Assembly (NCBI GenBank): GCA_976551045.1
Contig: CDPCPM010000103.1
Span: 4,526,001 to 4,590,000, forward strand
Source of the DNA: Glaucostegus cemiculus
Taxonomy: Eukaryota
Length of the DNA stretch: 64,000 nt
Direction: 5' to 3'
Numbering within the stretch: position 1 is the stretch's first letter; every line of letters starts with the position of its first letter. Shown one piece after another: positions 50,453 to 63,620 of the stretch. The position numbers were made by a program, and so were the translations under genes. The notes below the pieces were generated by a model. That model searched no databases. It saw only the letters and a program-made list of their open reading frames with translations, and was not told the origin of the DNA.

Positions 50453-51910
50453 GAGTCATAGGGACATAGAATTATACAGAATGGAAACTCAGAAATGCTG
50501 TCCAAAGTGCCTCCCTGAGTTAGTCCCATTTACCTTCATTAGGCACATATCCCCCGAAACCTTTCCTATCCATGTACCTGTCCAAATGTTTGTTAAATGT
50601 TGTAATTGCTCCTGCCTCTGCCGCCTCCTCTGGTAGTTCATTTCATATACCCACTACCCTCTGTGTGAGAAACTTGCCCCTCAGATCACCTTTAAATTTT
50701 TCCCTCCTCACCTTAAACCTATGCCCTCTAGTTTTATACTCCTCTACCCAGAGAAAATCACTGTGATTAGCTACCCTATCTATGCCCATCATGATTTCAT
50801 AAACCTCTGTAAGATCACCCCTCAGCCTTCTTTGCTCCAGGGAAAACAGTCCCAGCCAATCCAGTCTCTCTCTATAATTCAAGCCTTCCAGTCCCAGCAA
50901 CATCCTTCTGAATCTTTTTTCTGAAGCATCTCTAGCTTAATCACTTCCATCCAGTAGCATGGCTCCAAGTGCGGTCTCATCATTGTCTTGTACAACTGCA
51001 GCATGATGTCCCAACTCCTATATTCAGTGCCCTGACTGATGACGGAAAGCATGCCATGTTTTCTGCACCACCTTGCCTACCTCTGGTGCCACTTTCAGGT
51101 AATCGTATCCCTTGCTCCCTCTGTTCTACAACACTCCCTAGGGCCCTGCCATTCACTGTGTATGTTCTGCCCTGGTTCAACCGCCCAAAATGCATCACTT
51201 CACACTTGTCTGATTTAAATTCCATTTGCCATTCCCTTGCCCACTTTCCCAGCTGATGCAGATCCTGCTGTTCCAGAACACCTCCAATTTTGGTGTCATC
51301 TGCAAACTTACTGATCACGACACCTGCATTGTCATCCAAATTGTTAGTATATCTGAAAAACAACAGTGGACCCAGCACCAACCCCTCTGTCACACCATTG
51401 GTCACAGGCCTCCAATCTAAAATACAACTCCCCACTACAACCCTCTGCCTCCGACCACCAAGCCAATTTTGTATCCAATTGGCCAACTTGCCTGGGTCCC
51501 ATGTGATCTCACCTTCCAAACCAGCCTGCCAACCAGGACCTTGTCAAAAAACATTGCTGAAGTCCATGTAGACAGCATCTACCACACTGCTTTTGTTCAT
51601 CCTCTTGCTCACCCCTTCAAAAAAACTCAATCAAATTTGTGAGACACAATTTCCTGTGCACAAATCCATGTTGACTATTCCTAATCAATCCTTGCCTTTC
51701 CAAATATAAATATATCCTGTCTCTCAGAATCCCCTCCAATAACTTTCCCACCAGTGATGTTAAGGTCATGGCTTGTCCTTCAGCCCTTCTTAAATTAAGG
51801 CACAACATTAGCCATCCTGCAGTCTGCTGGTACCTCACCTGTGGCTAATGAGAATAGAGAACCTCTTGCCAGGGCCCCAACAATCTCTTCCTTTGCTTCC
51901 CATGCCATCC
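50453..51910 (-). mobile_element. CR1 LINE, ~1.45 kb, RT domain through 3' tail, frameshifted
   Basis: LTSLVGKLLEGILRDRI..QHGF..CLTNLIEFF; WIQNWLGGRRQRVVV..VTNGVTEGLVLGPLLF..KFADDTKIGGV; LFSLEQRRLRGDLTEVYEIM. Confidence 0.95.
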
Positions 51911-54900
51911 AAACAGAAACTTTCATAGTTATTCAGGTACAAGTTGTAGTATTCTTCATCACCGCAAACTATTTGTAAATTGATCACAATAACAGAATGT
52001 GTTTATTGTTATATCTTATTCAATGCATGTGTGTAAACCAATGAGGACAATCTGTGAAACTAAGCTACGGAGAAATAATCTGAACAATGCTTAACCATAA
52101 TTGGCATGGGAACGATTTGTGACAGAGAACTGTTAAGGGACAGTATATGATTACATTTAACGTTAAAGAAACTTGTATCAATCTGCAACACATGAGCAAT
52201 TTGTGAACTTAAAAGTACACTGAGCTGATTGCTGAATTAATCTGCAATAATAAATATTAATACATCTGTATTTAAGAGCAAACTATAGCCATGAACAATA
52301 TATAATATTAATCTGAGATTGCTCAGTACTGTTGTTAAATACAATTTCACTAGAGATATCCCATTTAAAGTTTCAAACAATGAATTTATCTACTTATATT
52401 TCCAAGACAAATTTCAGGGATTTTAATTATTTATTGTTTTCTTATTGGAACACAAACCATGTTCCCTCTGAAAAATACTTAATTATGAACGCCATTACGT
52501 AGTTAAATACTGCAACATAAAATGGATTATGAAGTTAGAAATCTGACTCCCATATAAAGCCTGTGTCCAAATTGACACTTATGAATCCATCCAATGCATA
52601 ATAGAGATATCCACATAGCAAGGAGAATTTAGGATATAATTGTTGTTCCTGAATAAAACTAATATAATCAATAAAACAGATTTCATATAATTCTTGAGAT
52701 GTTTAATTTACCTAAAAATATACTGAACATAGCATCTGCAATAATTATTGCAATTAAAGTAAAATAATGACTCTTTTCTTACATAAAGTATTTTAGAACA
52801 ATATGGTAGTACTTCAGGTGCTTTCACTGGATTAGCAGCAAAGGGTTTGTAATTCTGAACAAATTCAAAGTAGAAAGTTCAAAATTCCTTCTGGCAGATA
52901 GAAACCTTAAAATATATATACAATAAAATATATAAACAGTGCAAAGTATTTTGTAAAAATGTGAAAACCTATTCAAAGTACCAGAGTGAAGTGTGAATTC
53001 GGGAGTGTGCAGGAACAAGCACCATAACAAGTAGATGGGTAAATAGTTTTGTACGTTTAAATGGAGTTTTTCTTCTGTAGTTCCAATGAAAACAGTATAC
53101 TATTTCACATTTCCTCTGAAAATTGTTGTTTATATTCTGATGATCGAAATAATAGTTCTGATGATTTAAAACAAATTCTTAATTCAGCTTATTCAAGTGT
53201 TTGACTATTAACACAATAAATTTGTCCTGAAAATTACAACACTAATGTAATTTCAGGAATTTTATGTTGCTTCACATTAAGATTAATTTTGTCCCTAAGA
53301 AGGATTTTTGTTTTATTATGTTTCATAACTTGATAATTTATAATATAAAACTTACATGGAAATACAATAAACTGTTGTTTGAAGTGTTTTCAACATCTGA
53401 GGAGATACTTCAGAAAACATTATTATTGCATGCCATAAATTATATTCACACAAATATTATGGCAACTTTTATTGTAAAATGCTTTGCACATTGACTTTGA
53501 TGTAAATATTCTCTGCAAATCATGTTTCCCTTGTCTCATTAAAGTTTTTATTTTATGGAAATTTCATATTTTTGAATACAAAATTGATTAATCTCCAAAC
53601 TATAATAGATGTAGTGATTGCAAATATGTAGTTTCATCTGCTGCATTAAATTCAATTTTAATAATTGGTAGGAAATATTTTGGAGAGAAACAGATAAAGA
53701 TATTTATTGTCTCTAGATTTCCTTGGCAAAATCAATGATAAGCATACTGACTGGGAACAAATTTAAGGCAAGCTATAAAAATTAATTTTGAGGCTCAAGT
53801 ATACAAGATGCAAATATTTTATTGAAAAATATAGATACATGTATATTCTGCTTTTGATGAATAGATGTAATGATCTCCTTGTGGTGTATACATTAGTTTA
53901 CCAACTAATTGAATTGGTTGTTTTGGAAGTGTTCACACAATCTGGCTGAAGTAATAATTGGAAAAGGAAGTAATATTATTGTCTTCAATGAAAAACCAAT
54001 GTCTGCAAACTGTAGACCTGTGCATTCCATGAGATTTATGAAAGTAAGAAAAAATGAAACATCTTTAAAGAATGCATTAATAATTGTCTCTGACTGTAAC
54101 ATTCTTTTGGTTTCTTAAAACTGTGCAGTGACGTGTGTGAAATAAAAATATGATTTTTGTGGAGTTGCAAGAATATGAATACTGTACTAGCTCAATTAAA
54201 CTTGAGAGATCTCAAGCACATTCTAGTTGCAGAACTAAAAATATGACAAAAAAGTATCCGAATTCTCTTCCAATTTACAGCAATGGCAAATAATGGTTAA
54301 AATATGATTGTTTCCTTGTAGTGTCAGTCATATTCAAGGATACCAACTGCAATTTTTTTAAAGTCTTTTTAGACACAAGCAACAGTATGCAAAATGATAC
54401 AGTTTAGTGGCCTCACAATGTCCTAAAGAAACCTATTTCTTCTTCTACTTACTTAACATTATATTTGTGAATGCACTTGAAGGGAAATGTGTTTGATGTT
54501 ATTTGTGAGAAACCTATGGCATTAAATGGACTTTACCTTGTATTTGTAGCAATTCAGAAGGTGAAGATTGTAATCTGAGATGATACAAATTGCAGAAATC
54601 TGATCCAGAAACGACTCCAATAATTCTACAAGACAAAATGGGACATAGTTTTAGGAAAGAGTATTTTAGTTTTAGCCAATGGACAATATGTCATACAGTG
54701 ATGTTCAATCAGATTTTATTTACCCTAAAGATTACAACAAAAGTTTCTCGAGCCTATTAGCAATGGCTAGGAGGGCAGTAGGAGAGGGATTTATGATATT
54801 TAAACATAAGAGGGACTCAAGTTACAAAGGTATTGTTCCTGCAATCACAAGATTACCAGTTTATTGCAAGAATTATGGATTAATGAGCTAGTGCAAATTA

Positions 54901-54990
54901 AACGGCCCTTCCACATGCTTCATAATTGACACATATGCCATTTGAAGTTCAATAAATGGAAATGAAGGAAAAAAGTCATTGCTTTCAAAA

Positions 54991-55390
54991 CAGTCATCTC
55001 AGCCACAAGACATTACTGCAGGTGTTCCTTACCATGGTGACCTAGGTACAACCATCTTCAGTTGTTTCATGAAAGACCTTCTGTCCACAGAGGTATAAAT
55101 GTTCACTAATCAATGCACAGGTTTCAATTCCATTCAAAATTCATCAGGTAATACAGTACTTTGCACCCAAGAAGGTCTGGACTGATTGGAGGCAAATAGC
55201 ACTCATGCCACACTGACTATCTACAAAAAAGAGAGTCTAACCATTTCCCCACCATCAATATCTGGGGGCCATTATTGACCAGAAAGGAAGTGGACCAGCA
55301 AGATCAATACCATGGTCAAAAGGTCAGAGGTCACCTCCTCTTTCCAACCCCTGATCTTCCAAAATCTTCATATCCACTTGTCTGGATAAG
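54991..55390 (+). mobile_element. Decayed CR1/L2-group LINE RT fragment
   Basis: From 54994: SSQPQDITAGVPYHGDLGTTIFSCFMKDL...MFTNQCT, a decayed GVPQGSVLGP..F...DL / FADD motif pair. Confidence 0.75.
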
Positions 55391-55429
55391 TAACAGTGAA
55401 AACAATAGGAGACAGAGAGAAAGGCTGTG

Positions 55430-55579
55430 ATCAACAATTCTGGATGCAAGGGGAATGGATGGATATGGATATTGGTTCAGAATATGGATGAGCTAATGGA
55501 TCAACTTTACTTATACTAAAAGGTAGATCAGACTTAAAGGTCTGGATGGTTGGCTCCTGCTCCTCTTTCTTATGTTCTT
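55430..55579 (+). mobile_element. Old CR1 3' end
   Basis: Ends CTCCTGCTCCTCTTTCTTATGTTCTT, like the tail at 44950-44980. Confidence 0.6.
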
Positions 55580-58500
55580 GGGTTCTTTGTCATGTTGGAC
55601 AATTATGTCTTCCAACAATTATGCAATAAGTGTACAGTAAATGTGTTCTACATCAATTGACACAGAACAAATACAATATATTATTATTGGATGTGGGTCA
55701 CAATAATGGACATAACTGGCCAATTCTAAATTAACATTGAGGACTGAAGGAATTAAACTGAAATTCTTTTTCCCCTTCCCTGCATTTGTTTAGCAAAGAT
55801 TTTGTTATTTACACTGAGGGATTTCCTCGCAATATTTCGGAGGTTTTCTTTGTAATGATGTGAATAACACTGAAATGTGCAAAATAAACACATTTTTATT
55901 TCCCAGCAAGCAATGAATACTGAATGGTTGTATTAGTCAGTTAAACTCGGCGTTAGTTTGAAAGCATGAATTAAACATTGGTGATTTGTGTATTGCCTAG
56001 AGTGCAGTAGTTTCCCCCCCCCCCCCACAGTTACTTCATACATGTGCAAGCATACAAACTGCAATAATTGTTAGTAAATTATTCGTTGAGGTGTTGAAGA
56101 TGGATTAATTTTCTTTCCTTTCTATTGATTACCAGTCTAGGATAATGACACATCTCTTAAAATATGTACAGGTGTTGCATTTTACTTTCCTTTGTAGCAG
56201 GAAATAATCTTCATTTAGAATTCAATAAATATATGTCTAATGTTTTCAGGGGAGTCTGAAATATTTGGGCCGCCAGTAAAAATAAAAGTAGGAAGTATAT
56301 CGGGTAACATCACATTAAAATGCTTTCAAGAAACTTTCAGGAAGTTAGTCGTTTAACTGCAGTGTGCTCTATCTATCTTTACGTATTTTATTACGTATTT
56401 AATCGATATCTGAAACACCCTGGCATGAAGTTGCCGCACTCGGGTGTTTGGAAATTTTTAATTGCCTCATTTAAGCTATAAGTCCTAAATCCGTTGAACA
56501 TGGTGTCCTTCTTGTTTCCAAAAAAAAAGCTCCCGAACAGATATTTTGCAACAGTTTGTTTAAATGCCTATAATTATGCATGCGAAGAAGGCGAGAAAGG
56601 GTGGGGTAGAGGAGGCGGTGTGGGGGAGACCTTTATTTTCTCTCCATCTGCTCCATGAACGCAGTGCGGTTGCAGAAGTCTATTTAAGGCAGTTACTAAT
56701 AACCTGAAAAGGCTAGTTTTTTCTTCTTTTTAAAAAGAGGCGTGTTTCGTTCACAATATTATACACAAGGGATTGTATTTTAAAATAATGCCGGAGGAGA
56801 ATAGTATTACCATTTGCAAACTGTTGTGATGCCAATAAGGATCTGTAATTAAATATTACCCAAATTTTAAACTTCACTTTTTACAACTCTCTGTAAAAAC
56901 ACAAACTATAAACTAGTAATGTTCGGTTGCTAATAGGTCTTGACCGCAGTAAATCACACAGATTGTTCTTCAGCCCTATCTCTGAAGCATATTTATGAAA
57001 AACTTCCTCTTCCAATGATCTACTTCCATTGCCTGCATCTGAATGCTCTATCTGTTAGCTTAGAAGAACTTGCATTTCTTCCCGGCGCATGTTTATAAAT
57101 CGTATCAGTTGACAGAGGATTCTAAATATTTTTGGTTATTATAATCTCAACAGCAGCATTGGGAACTTTGCATTGGTTAGTTGCATGAGGAGCTATTTTA
57201 ATTTAACAAAAATAAATGCTAAATCAAGCATTTAACACAATTTTGCACAGAATGCTTTACATTCAGTTTCTGTGGAAAAAGCAGTTGAACTTCGATTTAA
57301 ATGGGTTGGATTAAATCTCGATTGGATTTGTTCACGTAGTTATAATTTTCTCAGATCTATCGAGTAAAACCATGCTGTAACACTCAAGTTCGGAAGTGTG
57401 ATTAATATATTAAAGTCTTCATTTCCTGAACGTCGAAATTTGTAACAGCCGAAACTGGAGTTGATATTTAGTGGTTTAATAGTAACCTAATACTGTAAAG
57501 GAGGAGAAATTACCATTCCTACATTGTTGGTGGGCTGCTTTTAAAGGTGCATTAAGAACATAGACTTGCGTGTTAATCATCACCCATGACCACTATAATT
57601 GTTAATAAACTTTGTTTCAACTGCATGGTAATTTTACTCAGGATCTATTTATTAATGACAAGTGATAAAAAGAGGTTTCCAGTCTATTGTGGTTCTCTGA
57701 GGATGTTTTCCTTTAAGTGCTTTTGATATTCCGAGCTATTCCTGTTGGCAGATAGGGTGGCAAATTCCCAGCCTCAGACCACTCCAGCGACGGTTCAAAC
57801 GTTGTTATTCACTGACCAACATTGTCCGAGCCTGTTTTTTTATTTAAAGGTTGATCACGTTACGTTTGCTTTGCAAAAGTTGCTTACTATTTTAATACAA
57901 TGCCGGACAGTCTCCAGCAAAATAACTTCGGCTAGAGCTGTGTTTTCAGCTCCTATATGGATATGCAGGACGAGAAGATCGGGGATAAATAAAACCAATG
58001 TTGGGATAATGAATGTTTTCAACAATGTTGAACTTCCATATACAGTGAAATCATCAGGATGTGATCATAAATCTGTGCGACGTCCCACGCTCCGACTGCT
58101 GTTGTCCTCTCTTCTGTCTAAATTTCATCTTGCAATACATTTCAAACGCATCAATAATAAAACAGTGAGATTTAGATTCAATTTATCTTAATGCATCGAG
58201 TTTTCACTGCTGTTCACTCGTCGTCTGCGGCTGCGCCACTTAATTCCCCAAAACTTAACAAAACCGCACTGATTTACACCATACCTTCCAGACTGTATTC
58301 AATGCAGTGAGAAAAGGTTTCTCTGGAGATCTGGTTTAATTAAGCCGCTTTTCAAATTTTAAAGCAGATACATACACAAATCTAACTTTTTATTTAAAAC
58401 ATTAAGAATTCAAGATTAACCATCCTAAATAAATTAATCACACTGATTCCATTTAGTTCATCCGTTTAAACAGAATCACACAGTCTTGACTCTGTAGCTT

Positions 58501-59165
58501 TATATTTGAAGTGTTTTCCTCGAATCTTAATACTGCCCTGGTCGTGTAAATACTGTGAAAGAATTCATTTTCTAAAATCAGATTCGGCCAGCAATTAATA
58601 TATTAACCTGGTATATTGGAGCTAATGCCTTCTGGTGTTTGGTTGGTATCCTCGATCCCAACAGTAATTGTGCGAATGTTTGGATAAAGTATGTAATCTT
58701 CTTCTGTTGCATTACTATTGAAATATGCCGGATTTTCAATTAAAAGCTTTCTTCAGTTCAACAGTCAATTTCCATAATGAAGACATGTCAAAAGTGAGTT
58801 TACGTTCATTTCTTAATTTTAGCAGTAAAAGTCCAACCTAATCAGTCTGTGAGGTATAATGCTAAATACTCGCATACGTTATAATCATATACAATAATAC
58901 TGTCAGAATAAAAACCGAAGTACAATCAACAGCTGGGCGCTTTGTGGTGTTACAAAGAAAGTAAATTAATTTTTGCACCAGACATCCTAAACCGTAAAAG
59001 TCAGTAGATTATCAAAATATTGTTTATTTGAAGTCACATAAACTAATCTGATATTTTAAACTATTGGCGAATTTCTGATCTGGAATTTTTAATAAAAGTG
59101 TCGCTCACAAAAGTGGTATCCAACTGGTATAACTTAATTTTTTTAAAAAAAAACTGACATTTAAG

Positions 59166-59345
59166 TAAAATAAACAAAAACGCTAGAAATTTTCGCAGGC
59201 CAGTCAGCATCTGTGGAGAGAGAGATGTTTCAGTCCACTGACCTATCTGAAATGTAATCTCAACAGACGCTGTCTGATCTGCTAAGTATGTGCACCATTT
59301 TCTGCTTTTAATTTCAGATTTCCTGGGGTCTCAGTTGTTCTCTTT
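59166..59345. mobile_element. Old inverted pair of Penelope-like terminal repeats
   Basis: CAGCATCTGTGGAGAGAGAGATGTTTCAG..TGACCT faces CTGAAATGT...ACAGACGCTGTCTGATCTGCTAAGTAT...TTTCAGATTTCC. Confidence 0.7.
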
Positions 59346-61082
59346 GTTACAAAAGTGCCATTGCTTGCTGTTTTTATTTGCACTGATTCCATACATGTGT
59401 TATTAATAATGAATGTTAAATGTAACAAAACGAGTTACTGATGGCCCCATTTACAAATCAACTTCACCGAGATAGCCAATTAATTAAGGAGGAATTTATG
59501 CCAGTAGTCTAAAATCGAGTGTTGAGTCTTTGAAAAGCGGCACTTGCCTCGAAGGAGTTAACTTGTTTCAAAGGAAACAAGAATAACAACAGTGCAGGCT
59601 AGAATGCTGGAAAATGGAAAACTGGCAAAGCAGGAGAATGAAATTGGCAAAAGGTGATAAGGCAATGGAAAGCACTAGTATGAAGTAGTCGCACGCACTC
59701 AGCCTCTCTCTTTCTTACACGCACACACTCACTCACACTTGGATCTGCTTTAGATTGCTATTTTTCCACTGAGCTCGTGTTTCGTTCCTTTTTGTGTTGG
59801 CAGCCCGCTGCTGTGAAGGGATTAAACTGTATAATTTGGAAAGCAGGCATCTGCTCCAGAGCTGTGTCAGAGGCTGATTGCAGCGCCGCGCTGTTCATAA
59901 CACAACTTTATCCCGATTAAAGCAATGAAAAATGCCTCCTGGCAGCTGATGCCCTCGAGTCCCTACCTACCTCTCGTATTTTATGTGGTAATGCATTACA
60001 AGACTGTAAATTTTCCCCATTTACTTTCCTTGACGACTGATAGATTTTTTCGAAATATTCCTGTGAAATTTGGGGAATGATTCTTACAGTTGAGGACTTT
60101 CTTCTTTTCGCTCCAGGTGAGGTGGGAGGTTTTTTTTGTCCCTGCTAATTAAATGGCGTCTGATACTTGGACTAATTAACTAAGAAAAATACCCGTTCTA
60201 TTACCGGAGGAAAAATGATCTCGATTTAATCCGTTTTAATGCTTCTGATCGAACGGCGTTCGATGACTTTACGGTCCTTGAGTTCTTATTTTGACCGCCA
60301 GTGAGATGATAGCCGATTTAGACATAAAACTATCCAGATTTTCATTGATTTATACGACTCCTCCTACTTTTCTTCAGTTCAGGAAGTGCAGTCTGTCTAA
60401 AGAGTACATCTGGACCACAAAAATAACAGGTGCCGGGCAAATGTGATCGGATCTACTTAAGGACTGAACTATCAATTTTATTTAATATGGGGCAGAAGAT
60501 TAACATCTGTAAGAGTAAATCATCAGCTGAACTGCAATTGATGGCAATTGACTGGGTGTAAAGCACCGGGTAAAACAACATCTTTTCATTTCATACTTGC
60601 TAGTTTGTGACATTTCTTGTCAAATATACCAAACTGATCTGCTTTCTTATGGCTGTTTAAGAAATGCTAGCAAATACATAATTTTGTGTCAACATAAAAG
60701 TTTAGTAGGAATAAATACTGTCTGGTAGAGGTACAATTTTCAGTAGATATACGCGCTTAGTACTTTGTGAGGTTTTGTTTTAACATGTACAAACAGTCTC
60801 ACAATGATGATTTTGAAAAGAGCTTACAACGTTTCAGTTCCATAGGATCCAGGTTTAAGTCTTCCTTCCTAATTTATTTTATTGCACTTTGTCAGCAGGG
60901 TAACAGCTAGGTTGTTAACCCAAGAAGTCAATCAGATCCATTACCCAGGAAGTTGAACGCCGGCACCCATGTCACCGGCATTGGAACCTTTCTGTCCTCA
61001 TATATACAAAGTTTAAAGTCTCGCCGAGGGTAGAATCAGTTTTCCTTTTTAGAAGATGCAATCTATCTATGATGAATTATGG

Positions 61083-61172
61083 CAGTGAAAATACTTCAAA
61101 AGTACTTCGACAGTAAACCACTTCGGGGTGACCTGCAAGGCGCTATATAAATGCAAGTCTTTGTTTTCTTTT
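61083..61172 (+). mobile_element. L2-type / Deu-SINE 3' tail relic
   Basis: ACTTCAAAAGTACTTC...AAGGCGCTATATAAATGCAAGTCTTTGTTTTCTTT, the characteristic L2-derived tail (recalled). Confidence 0.7.
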
Positions 61173-63558
61173 AAAACTCTTTGTGATACACTGCATAGCT
61201 CAAAGCTATGATCTAATTCTTCCACAACCGTGTCTGCATCTAACCTGGACGCCAGTTCGTAAAATCTTTATTCTATAATTTAACATTCCAATCGCCTATA
61301 GTGCTACTAATATGAGCAAATGCAGTTTTATGAATTAGCCCATTGATGTTATAATTTAACAGTTAACAATTTAGATATATTAAAACAAAGTTCTTGAAAA
61401 ATTCAAAGGTTTCTGATGATTTGTTTTACCGTTCTACAGGGGAAAATATGCACACAAGAATTCGCCGACGTAGGAAACACTAGAACAAGTTAAAACTTTA
61501 TAAAGACTTGTTTCAATTCCAATAATTTCAATTAAAACAAAAAGTGTGTCTTTCAGATAAAAGCTACATTACATTACCTATCAAATGGTGACTTTTGAAT
61601 TTTGGTTAATTTTAGAAAAAAAAAATCATCTGCAAGTGATCCGTCGCACTCTAATACACAGCGTGGAGTAGGTGCAGATTTATTATGCAGGAACGGTTAA
61701 CAGTGGAAAGCCACAAATACATATTCATATACAATAGTATTTAAAAGTGTTTTTGAATCTTGCTTGTGGGACATATTTTAAGCCCTGGCAGATTGATCGT
61801 TGGTCGCGCTGCTACATCGAACACACAGCAAACACACATTTCAGAGACGATTTTCAGTCACGTTGTAGCTTTGGTTAAAATTTAAAATTAATAGGGAAGG
61901 GAGCGTTAGGAACACTAAGTGAATTGATGGAGCAAAAAGGGAATGATAGATTTAGGTGAAATTGAATTATACATCATTCGATAAGAAGTAATAACTGCTC
62001 AGATCCATAATAAATAGAATTCCATAGTTTGTGGCGACTAAATATTTAAAACGGCGTTTGTAAAACAAGGTTGCAAAGTTAGTAAATGTAGAACAGACTT
62101 GAGAATAATCTTGCAACATTGGTAAATGCACCAGACAACCAAAGTATATTGATTTCTGTTATCATTTTAAGTATATCGCGATTTATCATTTTAGTTCTGT
62201 CTATTACACAATATTTCTCTGTGCATCTCGGTATTATGTAATTGTATTCTGGCGTGTTACTGTGTAAGGAATGGGATACGAACGTTAGCGGTTTACATTT
62301 TCTGCAATTAAGCGGCAAGTCTCCGAAACTTGGCTCCAGCAAAGTTTCCAGTCGTGAATGCACCAAGTTTTGTTATTGCCTTTTGCATTGGCTCGGACAT
62401 CTGAAGTGATTTTGACCGGTGTGGCGCTGTTGTGCTTTTATAGATTTTTAAAAATAGACGATGTTGCTCCTGCAATTCCTTCACAACTTCAGAACTATTT
62501 CGTTAACACGGGAACATACGGGTGTAAAAGTAAAATCGGAGGCGAGAATTCTTGATATCGGTCAGTGGTAGTTGAATGACTGGCTTTTGTCATCCTTGTC
62601 TCTAACATCCTTTACTCCTAACTTTGACTGCGTTTCAATCCATCTGTTATTTCTTTTATTTATTGCTAAGAAGATATCCTGAATTGTTTGTTGGAGAAAC
62701 TCTCCTTCAAAGAAAGACAATACATTAGTTGTTCCTAAAAGTTATATAGCTGAGGGTCCTGTTTACAGCCTTCAAAATGTGATAGAATTACGCAGGTTAG
62801 GTTAAGAAATGTGCTAGAAGTCTTATTGGGATTCCTTTTGAGTCGAAAATGAATCATTTTATGTGCGGAAATGATTATTACTGTTAATGATGGACCATGT
62901 GTAGAATCGGTGCTGAGCAGAATGCGAGAACACCATTTGCACAGGTGGGTATTTCGACACTTGGCTAGAACGAAGCCTCCAAACAGACAAACATTTTCTT
63001 CATTTCCCTATATACCATTTCACTTTTTGACATTTCCTTCTGCAGTCTCTGATCTTTCGCCTCTTGCTCAAATTGCGTTATTTAAGTAACCGATACGTTT
63101 TGCTTTTATTCAAAATTAATACCCTGCCATCGTTCTTCGAATTTGAAATGTTTGCTATTAACATATCTACGATTTTTTTTAAATGTAGGACTATTACAAT
63201 CTTGTTTAGTGCCCGGAAATATGCGGGCCTATTTGCTTTAGTTATTTAATAAATAAGGACTCTACAAATGAGAACCATAAAAAGAAACACGATAATGGGA
63301 TAGCAAAATGAGAAATGGTCAGTCCTACAGTACTTAATCAACTTAAGATTGTTGTTATTGCCCTATTAAGTGGAACTAATTTATTCTTGGCCTAAATTTG
63401 AGGTGTATTTGTTCTCCGTTTGTGCTGGGACTGCTATTCTTTTATCTTTAGTGTTTCTTTCAACTTCAAAGCACGTAAATTGTATCCTAGGGCACAGGTT
63501 ACTGATAAAACTCATTTTAATAGAGTGGTGTTATTCCAATCGGCTTCGTTTTTCTTCT

Positions 63559-63620
63559 TATCTATCTGTCTATCTATCTACGTCTATCTGTCTATCTATC
63601 TATCTGTCTATCTATCTATC
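63559..63620. repeat. (TCTA/TCTG)n microsatellite
   Basis: TATCTATCTGTCTATCTATCTACGTCTATCTGTCTATCTATC... Confidence 0.95.

Noticed and set aside
50980-51519. 179-aa ORF with reverse-transcriptase motifs as a functional gene
   Set aside because: It is a frameshifted, 5'-truncated CR1 fragment. The same applies to the ORFs at 12160, 27523, 45226, 47533 and 50643.
56014-56026. C13 run as a G-quadruplex or splice acceptor
   Set aside because: It is a simple homopolymer that is error-prone in assemblies, with no supporting downstream exon.
57745-58191. 148-aa ORF in the CpG-retaining domain
   Set aside because: It starts at TTG, and I see no recognisable domain or convincing splice boundaries.
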